DNA from: an uncultured Planctomycetota bacterium
Lineage (GTDB): Bacteria; Planctomycetota; PLA2; JAEUHO01
Direction of reading: 5' to 3'
Assembly: GCA_963752285.1 (NCBI GenBank)
Contig: CAVVXN010000001.1
Location: forward strand, 192,253-256,252
Length of the DNA stretch: 64,000 nucleotides
Shown: in pieces, positions 35,617 to 44,430 of the stretch
How positions within the stretch are numbered: the stretch's first letter is position 1
Layout of the letters: every line of letters begins with the position of its first letter
Translations under genes and position numbers: made by a program
The notes under the pieces: generated by a model
Seen by the model: the letters and a program-made list of their open reading frames with translations, nothing else
What the model was told of the DNA's origin: nothing
The model's database searches: none

Positions 35617-35640
35617 GGGCCGGCTCGGAAGAGCCGGCCC
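35617..35640. terminator. bidirectional GC hairpin between convergent genes (GGGCCGGCTC-ggaa-GAGCCGGCCC)
   Basis: 10-bp perfect stem with a GGAA loop. It abuts the hybrid-kinase stop (35641) and lies 38 nt after the small ORF's stop. Confidence 0.6.
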
Positions 35641-37770
35641 TTACTCTGCGCCCGCCGATACGAAGCGCGCGAGTAGTTGGCTTGCCCGCTCCATGGGGAA
35701 GGGTTTCGCCAGAACCTCAGCAGCGCCCGCGGCTAGTGCCCTATTCGGATCCACATCGCTTGCCCACCCGCTCATGAGAACCACCGGAAGGTTGGGGTGC
35801 AAAGCGCGCAACTGGCTGCACAGTTCAATGCCACTCATCCCCGGCATGCCAACGTCAGAAAGGACTACATCTGGCCTCTCCGCCCGAGCAATGCGAAGCG
35901 CCTCCTCGCCGCTCGTGGCCCGAATGACCCGAAAATTGCGGCGTTCTAGATAGGAGCACACCGGGTCAAGGACGGATGCATCGTCATCTACTACGAGCAC
36001 CGTCCCTGATCCGGGGCGATCCTTCCGGGGCGCAGGCACATCATCGCCCCGGCCGGCCGTGGCGCGCTGAGCGGCCGGAAGGGAGAAGGTCACTACAGTT
36101 CCCTTTCCGGGTGGGCAGGCGAGGGAAATCCTGCCGCCGTGCTTCTCCACGATTTGCTGGCATAGGCAAAGCCCGAGCCCTGTCCCGCGCTCACCCTTCG
36201 TTGTAAAGAATGGATCGAACACTCGCTCCCTAAGTTGCACCGCGATCCCACAGCCGTTGTCGCGCACGGTGACTTGAACCCGGCCGCCTCGCCGTGCCGC
36301 GGTAACGCCGATGCGGCCACCGACTTCGATCGCCTCAAGAGCATTTTTCAACAGGTTTGTCATCACCTCGCGGAGTTCCGTGGGGTCGCCTCGCACTTGA
36401 AGTTGGGTTTCACACCGAAGTTGGACAACGGCTGTCTGCTCGCTGCCGCCGCGCCCGCCGCGCCAAAGAGGGCGCAGAAGATCGATCGCGTCGCGACACA
36501 CGTCCTCCATATTCAGCACACGGAAGTCATGTTGCCTTTGATTCCTGCTGAACGTCTGTAGCCTGCGCACAACCTCTGCCGCGTCGAGAGCGGCACGCTC
36601 TATTAGCGCCAAATCTGCTTGCGCCTGGCCTGCGAGTGAGCCAAGGCTCATCATCTGTACGCGCGCCAGTATGGACGTGAGAAGATTATTGAACTCATGC
36701 GCGACGCCACTACTGATTTCTCCAATGACGCGTAGACGTTCGCCCCTAACAAGCCGGTCCTGGAGCGTCTTCAGTTCCAAGAACGACGCCTGGATGTTCT
36801 CGAGTAGCCTCGTGGACTCCAGAGCCGCAGCCGCTTGCTCGGCGAACAGTGAGAGGACTTCCAGGTCGATACGGTCGAATGCGATGGCCCGGTCGGTGTC
36901 CACATACAACACTCCGTACATGACATCATTGCGAAGCATTGGCACACAGAGGATCGATTGCCGAAGAAGCATAATGCTGTGAGCGCCGGCAAGTTCGTTC
37001 GGAGATAGTCCCTGTACCGAAGAGGAGTCCAGGCCGTCAGATGCAGGGCTAAGATTGACAGGGCGCCTGGTCGACCGGACCTTCTCGATCACCGTGTGGC
37101 TGAGGTCGCTTAGGCTGACCTGCTCGCCCGCCGAAGCGGCCCAGCTACTGGCGCCAAGAGCGAGGGATTGAGATTCGTCGACCAGAACGACGCAGGCCCG
37201 CTGGGCCCCCATGATCTCGGTCATGTGGCCAGTCAGGCCGTCCAGTAGTTGTTTCAAGCCCCCGCCGGAGCGCATGGCGGCAGAGGCCTCAAGCACGCGC
37301 CGAAGCGCGAGGGCGAGACGCTGGTCCGGAACAACGGTGGACCCCTGGTCCACCAGTGCCTTGTGCGCAACCGCATGAAGGTCTAAGAGGCCTAGTTTCC
37401 TTGGAAGCGGCAAGCCGGACGCGGCAGAGAGGTCCTGGGCGGCTAGCCGAACTTCATCTGAGAGTCCGGTGCGCGTTCCTGCATGTTGAATACCAATGCG
37501 GTCCAGGGTGGAGACCGCGCTCGAGAACAAACTGGCGCGCACGCGAGCCGAATGGGGAGGGGTGGCTGCGCACATTGCGGCAAGAACTCTTGCGGCTAGC
37601 GAACGCAGATTCGAGGCACGCGCGAAAGCATCCAAAACAGGAAACAGAGCGCGGCGCACGCCGTCGGACCCGGACGCGTGCAGTGCGCAAGCAGTATTCG
37701 GCTGCAAGGCGCCCGTCCTGGCCCGCGGGTATTGCGGGGGCGGGGGGCCGACGCGCCGAGGAGGAATCAT
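35641..37770 (-). CDS. GAF-domain hybrid sensor histidine kinase with C-terminal receiver
   Basis: GAF-like MTEIMGAQRACVVLVDES..CVPMLRNDVMYGVLYVD. H-box SSGVAHEFNNLLTSIL. N/G boxes LLKNALEA, DNGCGI, GTGLGL. REC: VLVVDDD..DVVLSDVGMPGMSG..LAKPF. The N-terminal 105 codons overlap ORF 37454-38260, so the start is uncertain. Confidence 0.85.
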   Translation of the reverse strand: MIPPRRVGPPPPQYPRARTGALQPNTACALHASGSDGVRRALFPVLDAFARASNLRSLAARVLAAMCAATPPHSARVRASLFSSAVSTLDRIGIQHAGTRTGLSDEVRLAAQDLSAASGLPLPRKLGLLDLHAVAHKALVDQGSTVVPDQRLALALRRVLEASAAMRSGGGLKQLLDGLTGHMTEIMGAQRACVVLVDESQSLALGASSWAASAGEQVSLSDLSHTVIEKVRSTRRPVNLSPASDGLDSSSVQGLSPNELAGAHSIMLLRQSILCVPMLRNDVMYGVLYVDTDRAIAFDRIDLEVLSLFAEQAAAALESTRLLENIQASFLELKTLQDRLVRGERLRVIGEISSGVAHEFNNLLTSILARVQMMSLGSLAGQAQADLALIERAALDAAEVVRRLQTFSRNQRQHDFRVLNMEDVCRDAIDLLRPLWRGGRGGSEQTAVVQLRCETQLQVRGDPTELREVMTNLLKNALEAIEVGGRIGVTAARRGGRVQVTVRDNGCGIAVQLRERVFDPFFTTKGERGTGLGLCLCQQIVEKHGGRISLACPPGKGTVVTFSLPAAQRATAGRGDDVPAPRKDRPGSGTVLVVDDDASVLDPVCSYLERRNFRVIRATSGEEALRIARAERPDVVLSDVGMPGMSGIELCSQLRALHPNLPVVLMSGWASDVDPNRALAAGAAEVLAKPFPMERASQLLARFVSAGAE

Positions 37771-38260
37771 CGAGATGCTCTCTCAAGCGGGTGCGTCGGG
37801 CCCATAGCATCGCGCGATAGAGTGCGCGATACTGTGTATGCAGGGCGGGCCGTCGAGCTTGGGGAGTAGCAGAGAGCGTCACCGTGCCGCCCGCACCGGC
37901 CTCAGAAAGGTGCGAGAGGTAGTCGAGTCCGTCACGCTCGTTTTGGAGAAGTGCGTCTCGGTATCGGGACGCGCGTGAGAGGGACACTGTGTGCCGTTGA
38001 CTGAGGCCTGCGTGCAGGTGTGCAAGTGCTGCGCTGTAGTAGTGCATCCCTCTGACATATAGGGGTGTGTTCTCGGCTGGGACGCCGCTAGAAAGCGGCG
38101 CCTCACGCGCTGCCGTTGCAGTCGTACGCAGCACTTCCACGTAGACCGACATAGCTCCAAGAGCGGCGGCGAGTGGCGCGAGTTCGCGTGCGACCGCCGG
38201 TGCTTGATCGAACCTGGAAAACCGTTTCGCTACATGCCATGCTCGCATGTACGCAGTCAT
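37454..38260 (-). pseudogene. probable detached C-terminal continuation of the 38332-41232 kinase gene (frame-shifted); 3' third likely non-coding
   Basis: This frame stays open upstream to about 38460. Inserting one G in the G5 run (C5 on plus strand, 38395-38399) joins ..MARIHAKRG to ELVHAVLFASDCVGIAQRHGLTDTLIRALRELADAYDRQYRPDLAMTAYMRAWHVAKRF.., which continues the helical-repeat character. Downstream of about 37780 the translation becomes R/S/C-rich while the hybrid-kinase frame looks genuine. Confidence 0.4.
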
Positions 38261-38331
38261 GGCGAGGTCAGGTCTGTACTGGCGGTCGTACGCGTCGGCA
38301 AGTTCTCTAAGAGCGCGAATGAGGGTGTCGG

Positions 38332-41232
38332 TTAGCCCGTGCCTCTGGGCAATGCCAACGCAATCGGAGGCGAAGAGTACGGCATGGACGAGTTCCCCCT
38401 CTTGGCGTGGATGCGGGCCATGTTGAGCGTGGTGAACGCAGCTCCGCGCACGTCTCCTAGTCGCTTGGCAAAGCGCGCAGCGCGGGCGAAGCTCCGCGTC
38501 GCCTCCCGACCGCGCTGCATTTGGGCCAGCGCAATACCTTGATTGTTAAGGATGCGGCTCTGCATTGAGCGGTCGCGTATGAGGCGGGCGTACTGCTGGG
38601 CCAGACGGAGGCAGCGAAGGGCCTGGGATGATCTGCGAAGCAGGAACTTGGAACGTGCGACTGCAGTCAGGTACTCGGCGCGCATGCGCAGAAAGGCGTG
38701 GTTAACGGGCGCCTGCACGCGAAGAGAGCGTCGGCACTCCCTCAGAAAGGATCGGGCCTCATCGATGCTACGTCGATCAAACGCGAGTGAGGCTCGTGCG
38801 ATGAAGTACTTGGCAGCCAAGATCGCGTCGGTCGTAGTCGATGGATACCAAGCCTCGAGTAGCGTCTCCGCGAGCGCCGGCTCCTCCGCGTCCTCCATGA
38901 TGCGCGCTAGGCGGAGCGCTGAGTCCGGAGTGTCTGCGTCTGGGGTGAGGTGCGCAGCGAGGATCCGGGCTGGACCTAGGCCCTCGTGGCTTGAGGGGAT
39001 GAGGGCGCACAGCACTCTGCGCGCCTCTGGGGATGCGAGAAGTGCAGCGTTCTGTGAGACGGCCGATACCAGCCGGGGCTGGAGGCGGGAGAGAGCTTTC
39101 GGATCTAAGGGCGGTTCATGTTGGGCGATCAGTTGAATGGCGTCGAAATGGCGCCCGAGCGCAAAGAGGAGGATCGCGCGCTCAAGGCGATTCGAGATTG
39201 TGGGTGCCGACTCATAGGCGGAGAGGAGGGACTGGCGGGAGGCCTCCAGATCAAAGGCAGGGACCTCCGATCGAAGGGCGTCACGCAAGGCGGCGTCGGC
39301 GAGGGCACAACAGGGGCCTTGGTCGGTAGGAACGACAGAGAGAAGGGGCGTGGAGAAGACAAGGTGGCGAATCGGCGCATTGAGGAATACGCGCTCGAGA
39401 ACCTGCATGGGCACACTGCCCTCAGCGGCGAGGAGCACCGTCAAAACGCTGCGGAGTAAAGGGCCCGCGTCAGCGACTGCGTTGCGCATGGAGGGTGCGA
39501 GGCGGGCTGGGACGTCATATTCTGGCAGGCACGACGTTTCCCAAATCCAATTCCCGTATCCTCCAGAGAGGTCGCCGCGTCTTGCTGCCGCTGCGGCGTA
39601 GTCGACGATCCGACCGGACTTGTGTTGTGTGAGTTGTGCAAGAGCTTCCCTGGGCGCCGGTCCCGCATGCTGGGGACCCAGCCGCGTCTCGATCAGTTGC
39701 CAGGCTTCCTGAGCTGACAAGGCGCCAATGTGGCATAGGACGTCTCCTGGAGACGATGTGTCATGAATAATTAGTGATTGCGTGTCTAGACCGCCGGCGT
39801 CCAGAGCAAGGACCAAGGGCGGCGGGGGCTCGGAGAGCAGGTGCTCCGTGCGCGAGAGCATTTCGCGCGACAGGGCGGCCAAGGCGTCCCGGGCTAGTTT
39901 TGGCAAGTCGGAGTAGTCGTCCACGAGGATCGCATATGCACCCTGGGCCGACGCCTGGATGGCCCTACGCACAAAGTACTCAATCGCGTGTCCAGCGGGC
40001 CAGGATGCAAGAGACCGCGCCCGTTGCTGTGCCAGTTCGGAGGGCTGTACGCGCGATGCTAGGGTGTCGATAGAATCCAGCAGCGCGGCGATCGGGGACT
40101 CTTCACTCGGCCAATCGCGTCGACCAGAGAGATAGACAGTGGCACACTCGAGCAGGCGGGCTTGGTGGAGGAACTCGCGCACGAGGCGGGTCGCGCCGGA
40201 GCGTGGGGGCGCGGTGAGTATCAGTACGGAGTCTGCTCCGCGGCGGGCGCTGAGTCCAGCGACGCCCGTCGCTTGGCGGCGGAGGAGGGTGACCATCTTG
40301 CGGAAGCGGGTCAGGGCTTCCTCTTGGCCGATCAGCGGGCCGCTCTCGATCCGGGCGTAGATCTCGGCGGGGCGGACTTCGGGAACCTCCCAAGACACGT
40401 GCTGGGCGAGCTGGAGCAGGATGGCTCGACCGTCCGAGGGGCGCTGGTTCGGGTCGCGGGCGAGTAGGGCGAGGATCAGGTCTTCGAGGGCGGTAGGGAT
40501 GTCGTTTCGGAGCGCACTGGGACGGGGAGGAAGCTCCTCGCGCCGGCGGCGGAGCATGTCGGCCGCGCCGTCGTCGGGCATCGGGATCGCGTCCTGTCCC
40601 GTGACGAGGCGGTACGCGATCAGTCCGAGGGAGTAGAGGTCTACGCGGTGGTCGTGGCCCTGGTCCTCGGTGACCTCGGGAGCCATGTACAGCGGCGTGC
40701 CGCGCGCGACGCCCTCGACGGGCCCGACGCTCGCCAGGGCGCCGTCCGTGAGGATGAAGCGCGGGCCGTCCTTCGTCTCCTCGAGGATCCAGTTGGACGG
40801 CGTCACGTCGTAGTGGATGACGCCGAGGTCGTGCACCGCGCGGAGTACGCGGGCGCCGTCCTCGAGGAATCGCCACACGAACTCGAACGGCTGGGGGCCG
40901 TCGAGGTGATCGAGGCTCTCGCCGTCCACGTAGCGCTGGGCCTGGAACCAGGACTCGACCGTGGGCCCCCCTGCGGTCGTGTCGGCGGGAACCACCCCGG
41001 CATCGAGGACCTGGGCCCAGTTGGGGTGACGGAACCAGTGGAGGACGCGGGCCGCCTCCTCCATGAAGGCGTAGCCCTCGCGGGACGACTGGGTCAGCTT
41101 GAGGGCGACCTGCTCGCCCCCGCGCGCGAGGTCCTCGGCGAGGTAGACCGTGCTGTGGGCGCCCTGACCGATGACCCGGCCGAGGCGATACCGACCGACC
41201 AGGATCTGGGTGAGGTCGGGATCGTTCGCCAT
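38332..41232 (-). CDS. Ser/Thr protein kinase fused to AAA_16/STAND-like NTPase (degenerate P-loop) and TPR-like helical repeats
   Basis: Kinase: YRLGRVIGQGAHSTVYLA, VALK, HYDVTPSNWIL, TDGAL, GTPLYMAPE. NTPase: LILTAPPRSGATRLV (Walker A Lys replaced by Ala) and AILVDDYSD (Walker B). C-terminal TPR-like repeats (NNQGIALAQMQRGREATRSFARAARFAKRLGD). Confidence 0.85.
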   Translation of the reverse strand: MANDPDLTQILVGRYRLGRVIGQGAHSTVYLAEDLARGGEQVALKLTQSSREGYAFMEEAARVLHWFRHPNWAQVLDAGVVPADTTAGGPTVESWFQAQRYVDGESLDHLDGPQPFEFVWRFLEDGARVLRAVHDLGVIHYDVTPSNWILEETKDGPRFILTDGALASVGPVEGVARGTPLYMAPEVTEDQGHDHRVDLYSLGLIAYRLVTGQDAIPMPDDGAADMLRRRREELPPRPSALRNDIPTALEDLILALLARDPNQRPSDGRAILLQLAQHVSWEVPEVRPAEIYARIESGPLIGQEEALTRFRKMVTLLRRQATGVAGLSARRGADSVLILTAPPRSGATRLVREFLHQARLLECATVYLSGRRDWPSEESPIAALLDSIDTLASRVQPSELAQQRARSLASWPAGHAIEYFVRRAIQASAQGAYAILVDDYSDLPKLARDALAALSREMLSRTEHLLSEPPPPLVLALDAGGLDTQSLIIHDTSSPGDVLCHIGALSAQEAWQLIETRLGPQHAGPAPREALAQLTQHKSGRIVDYAAAAARRGDLSGGYGNWIWETSCLPEYDVPARLAPSMRNAVADAGPLLRSVLTVLLAAEGSVPMQVLERVFLNAPIRHLVFSTPLLSVVPTDQGPCCALADAALRDALRSEVPAFDLEASRQSLLSAYESAPTISNRLERAILLFALGRHFDAIQLIAQHEPPLDPKALSRLQPRLVSAVSQNAALLASPEARRVLCALIPSSHEGLGPARILAAHLTPDADTPDSALRLARIMEDAEEPALAETLLEAWYPSTTTDAILAAKYFIARASLAFDRRSIDEARSFLRECRRSLRVQAPVNHAFLRMRAEYLTAVARSKFLLRRSSQALRCLRLAQQYARLIRDRSMQSRILNNQGIALAQMQRGREATRSFARAARFAKRLGDVRGAAFTTLNMARIHAKRGNSSMPYSSPPIALALPRGTG

Positions 41233-41276
41233 CTGTAGCCCCGAGGTCTGAGCGGGCCTGCCCTGGACGCGCGGTT

Positions 41277-41285
41277 CCCTATCGG
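41277..41285 (-). promoter_or_regulatory. CCGATAGGG (variant of the GGTCGATAGGG motif) 45 nt upstream of the kinase ATG
   Basis: The minus strand reads GGCCGATAGGGAAC. It overlaps the plsC stop codon. Confidence 0.3.
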
Positions 41286-42046
41286 CCTCCTCTTAGCCGG
41301 GCCTGAACGGATGACGGTCCGGCTCTCGAGGCGACGCGTGCTCCCTCGATCCTAGGACCGGGCGCGGCCCGGCGCACGCGTCGAGCTGGTCGGGTGCCAG
41401 CCGCGAGCGCACGCGCCCGGGCCGCCTGGATGGCCTCCATGATCCGCTCGACGTACGCCGTCTCCGCCTCGCGGTTGCCCGCGACGTCGGCGGGCGGAGG
41501 CGCCAGCGGCGCCCCGAAGGCCAGGCGGACGTGCGCGCGGCGGAACCAGCGGGCGCCCCGCGGCCACGTCTCGAAGTTCCCGGCGAGCCCCACCGGGACC
41601 ACGGGGGCCCGCCCCTTGCGCGCGAGGATCGCCACCCCGCGCCGCCCGCGCCCGATCTTGCCGTCGCGGCTGAGCCTCCCCTCGGGGAAGATCGCGACGG
41701 GCTGACCCTCGCGGAGCAGAGCCACGGCGCGCCCGATCCCCGCTCGGGCCAGGCCGCCGCTCCCGACGGGGATGGCGCCGACGAGCTTGAAGAACCACCG
41801 GCCGGCCCAACGCCGGTAGAAGTCGTCGGTCATCATGAAGACGACCCGGCGGCGGATCACCAGCTGGAGGAACGCCGGGTCGAGATAGCTCGCGTGATTC
41901 GCGCAGACGATCGACGCTCCGCGCGGGAGGCGGGGCCGCGGGCCGATCGTGCGAACGAGGAAGAGTGGGCGGGCGAAGAAGAGGACGACCGCGCGGAGCG
42001 CCCCGTAGCCGAACTCGTAGACCGGGTTCCAGATGCGCCCCCACAT
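41279..42046 (-). CDS. plsC: 1-acyl-sn-glycerol-3-phosphate acyltransferase family protein
   Basis: VCANHASYLDP (HxxxxD block), FPEGRLS and the VPVGL block. ATG 42046 (MWGRIWNP). Confidence 0.8.
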   Translation of the reverse strand: MWGRIWNPVYEFGYGALRAVVLFFARPLFLVRTIGPRPRLPRGASIVCANHASYLDPAFLQLVIRRRVVFMMTDDFYRRWAGRWFFKLVGAIPVGSGGLARAGIGRAVALLREGQPVAIFPEGRLSRDGKIGRGRRGVAILARKGRAPVVPVGLAGNFETWPRGARWFRRAHVRLAFGAPLAPPPADVAGNREAETAYVERIMEAIQAARARALAAGTRPARRVRRAAPGPRIEGARVASRAGPSSVQARLRGGR

Positions 42047-42108
42047 GTCCGGGGGGCCCGGCAGACCGGGGGCGATCACCTGGGGTGCACGCGGACCGAC
42101 GCGCTCCG

Positions 42109-43395
42109 CTAGTTCCCGTCGGTGGTGCTGGGAGCAGAGGTCGTGCCCGCCTCGGGCGAGCACCCCTCGTCGATGCGCTGCTTGAGGGCGAGGCCTTCCT
42201 TGATGAGGAGTCGCTTCTCTTCGCCGGACTCCAACATGTCCACCGCGCGCCGATAGAACTCGTACGCCCGGTGCGCGAGGTCACAGTCCTTCTCGCCCGT
42301 CAGCTTGAAGACGGTGTTGAACACGCGAGCCACCCCTCGCGTGGCGCCGAACAGATCGCGCTGTTGTGCGAAGTCCTTGTAGAGGAGGGTCACGCGCAGG
42401 TAGTGCAGCGCGGCCTGGTCGAGGAGCTCCCGCACCTTCTCGTGCGCGGTCTTCGAGCCCGCGGCGTTCGCCTGGAGCTGAGAAGCCTCGGTGAAGGCCA
42501 GGTCGCCGAGGCCGGTGTACACGCCCGCGAGCACGCCCTTGTCGGTCGCGGTCGAGGCCTCGTCGAGGATCTGCTCGTATTGCTTCTTCGCCTCGTCGGC
42601 CTTGTTCTGGTTCCGGAGGGCCTCGCCGAGCGACATGAGGATGCGGAACCGCGGCACCTCGGCGAGCTCGTGGTGCGGAGCCCTGACGAGGTCGGTGAGG
42701 AGCGAGCGGTAGGCGTCCTCGGCGGCCGCCCACTTCTTGGGGCTGTCCGCGCCGAGGCTCTTGCTCAGGAGGGTCGCGAGGTACATCGCGCTGAAGTTGT
42801 CCCGCACGTTCATGTTCTGGATGTCACTGACGAGCTTCAGCGCCGCGAGCGCGTCGGCCAGCTTGCCCCGGAGCGCGAAGATGCGCGCACGGGTTTCCTG
42901 GGCCGGCCCGAAGTAGTACGTCTTCGGGTTGGCGGCGAGGAGGTCGTCGGCCGCCTTCAGGGTCGCGGCCTGGTCGCCGGTGTTCGCGAGGGAGAGCATC
43001 CGCTTGTAGAGCGCCTGCTCCTTGGCGAGACCCTGGAGCTCCTCCGAAGCGGCTCCGAACGCCTGCGCGGCCTCCGGCCAGAATGCGTTCTGGCCGTTCC
43101 GCTCGCCCTCGTTGAAGCGCTGGTTCGCGATCGTGTCGGTGAGCCAGAACGCGGCCACGGCGGCAGCGTCGCCCGACGCGCCCGAGAGCTTGTACGAGTC
43201 GTAGCTCAGGTCGAGGTTCCGCTTCCCGCTGTCCTGGAGCTCCTGGTCGCTCGGCGGCGTGCCCCAAGGCGACTTGACGCTCTTCGGAAGGCGCGTCTTC
43301 CCGTCGCTGAGGTCGAGGATGTCGGCTCGCGCGATGGGCGCGAGGATCCCACCGAGGAGCGCCGCGAGGGCGGCGCCGAAGATGGCGGTGCGCAT
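42109..43395 (-). CDS. secreted all-helical (TPR-like) protein
   Basis: Signal peptide MRTAIFGAALAALLGGILAPIARA. Balanced composition with K, N and Q residues that are unusual for shadow frames. Helical-repeat character; no family recognised. Confidence 0.6.
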   Translation of the reverse strand: MRTAIFGAALAALLGGILAPIARADILDLSDGKTRLPKSVKSPWGTPPSDQELQDSGKRNLDLSYDSYKLSGASGDAAAVAAFWLTDTIANQRFNEGERNGQNAFWPEAAQAFGAASEELQGLAKEQALYKRMLSLANTGDQAATLKAADDLLAANPKTYYFGPAQETRARIFALRGKLADALAALKLVSDIQNMNVRDNFSAMYLATLLSKSLGADSPKKWAAAEDAYRSLLTDLVRAPHHELAEVPRFRILMSLGEALRNQNKADEAKKQYEQILDEASTATDKGVLAGVYTGLGDLAFTEASQLQANAAGSKTAHEKVRELLDQAALHYLRVTLLYKDFAQQRDLFGATRGVARVFNTVFKLTGEKDCDLAHRAYEFYRRAVDMLESGEEKRLLIKEGLALKQRIDEGCSPEAGTTSAPSTTDGN

Positions 43396-43590
43396 GACGT
43401 TCGAAACCCCCTGGGAACGGGACGTGCGGGGCGAATCCGGAGGGTACAGGCCGTGGGATCGGCGGTCAACCGCACCCGAGGCGGTTCGGGGCGGGTGGAC
43501 CTCGGCGGGTCCCCGCCGCCGTCACCGGTGGTTCGAGGGCGTCTTCGGGGCGTCCGGACCGCCCGCGCGCCGGGCCGGCCGCGACCCGGG

Positions 43591-44430
43591 TCAGAGGCTG
43601 CCCACCTGGTGGAGCGCGAGGAGGTCCATGCTGAGGGCGACGCCGTAGTGGAGGAACCACCCGTAGAGGATCGTCTCGGTCCGCCACGAGAGGAGACCGA
43701 GCACGAGCCCCGCGCCGATCGCGCCCATCGCCTCGGGGAAGGGCTTGTAGTAGTGGATCATGCAGTAGGGCGCGATCATCACGAGCACGCTCGCCACGCC
43801 GATCCGACGCTTCAGGCCGAGCACGATGAAGCCGCGGAAGAAGAACTCGATCGCGAAGAACTGCAGGCAGTACACCGCCTCGAAGAGGAGGAAGTCCGCA
43901 CCGAGGTGCCCGGGCATCGGCTTGTAGAAGGGATACGTCTTCTGGAAGTCCGCGCGCTGGCTCACGAGCCAGATCACGGGGAAGAACACGACGAAGAGTG
44001 TGAGATAGGTCCACGCGTCGCGCCCCGTACCCTTCAAGCGGATGCCGAGTCGGCGCGGCGAGAGACCGCTCGCGGCGCCGACGCACATCGGGATCAGCAC
44101 CAGCAGGACGATCACCGAGAGGCCCCACCAGAGGTACGGCTGGAGCGTCTCCCATCGCGCGTCCGTGAGACCCGCGGGCCGCGGGAACCGGATGCCCATC
44201 ATCCAGGTGATGCCCGGCGGAGGCGGGTTGGAGGTGATCTGCGCCTCCCGGAGGTGCCACCGCGTGTAGTGCCACGGCAGCCCGAAGAACTCGAGCAGCG
44301 TCAACACCACGGGAACCGTGACCAGGATCGCCACCGCGACGCGGTCGAGGGCCAGCAGGTCCCGTACGAGGCGGAGCGGGCTCGCGTGCCCCGGCGGCGG
44401 GGCCGGCGGCGGCCCGGGTCGATCGTTCAT
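43591..44430 (-). CDS. CPBP family intramembrane glutamic endopeptidase (CAAX protease-like)
   Basis: AIEFFFRGF (EExxxR-type motif 1), later FxxxH and HxxxN/D-like helices, multiple TM segments. The ATG overlaps the xdhC stop (ATGA). Confidence 0.8.
   Translation of the reverse strand: MNDRPGPPPAPPPGHASPLRLVRDLLALDRVAVAILVTVPVVLTLLEFFGLPWHYTRWHLREAQITSNPPPPGITWMMGIRFPRPAGLTDARWETLQPYLWWGLSVIVLLVLIPMCVGAASGLSPRRLGIRLKGTGRDAWTYLTLFVVFFPVIWLVSQRADFQKTYPFYKPMPGHLGADFLLFEAVYCLQFFAIEFFFRGFIVLGLKRRIGVASVLVMIAPYCMIHYYKPFPEAMGAIGAGLVLGLLSWRTETILYGWFLHYGVALSMDLLALHQVGSL

Noticed and set aside
35603-35953. 116-aa plus-strand ORF overlapping the 3' end of the hybrid kinase.
   Set aside because: It is antisense to the receiver domain, which has clear DD..D..K motifs, and it starts inside the terminator hairpin. 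It has no SD and no signal of its own.
36940-36961. TGGCAC ... TTGC pair inside the hybrid kinase gene.
   Set aside because: The GG and GC elements are 19 nt apart rather than the fixed sigma54 spacing, and the site is in coding sequence. No convincing sigma54 promoter was found near the activator.
40150-40164. TGGCAC-ACTCG-AGCA, resembling a sigma54 -24/-12 promoter.
   Set aside because: The GG-to-GC spacing is one nucleotide short of the consensus and the TTGC element is missing. It also lies inside, and antisense to, the kinase coding region.
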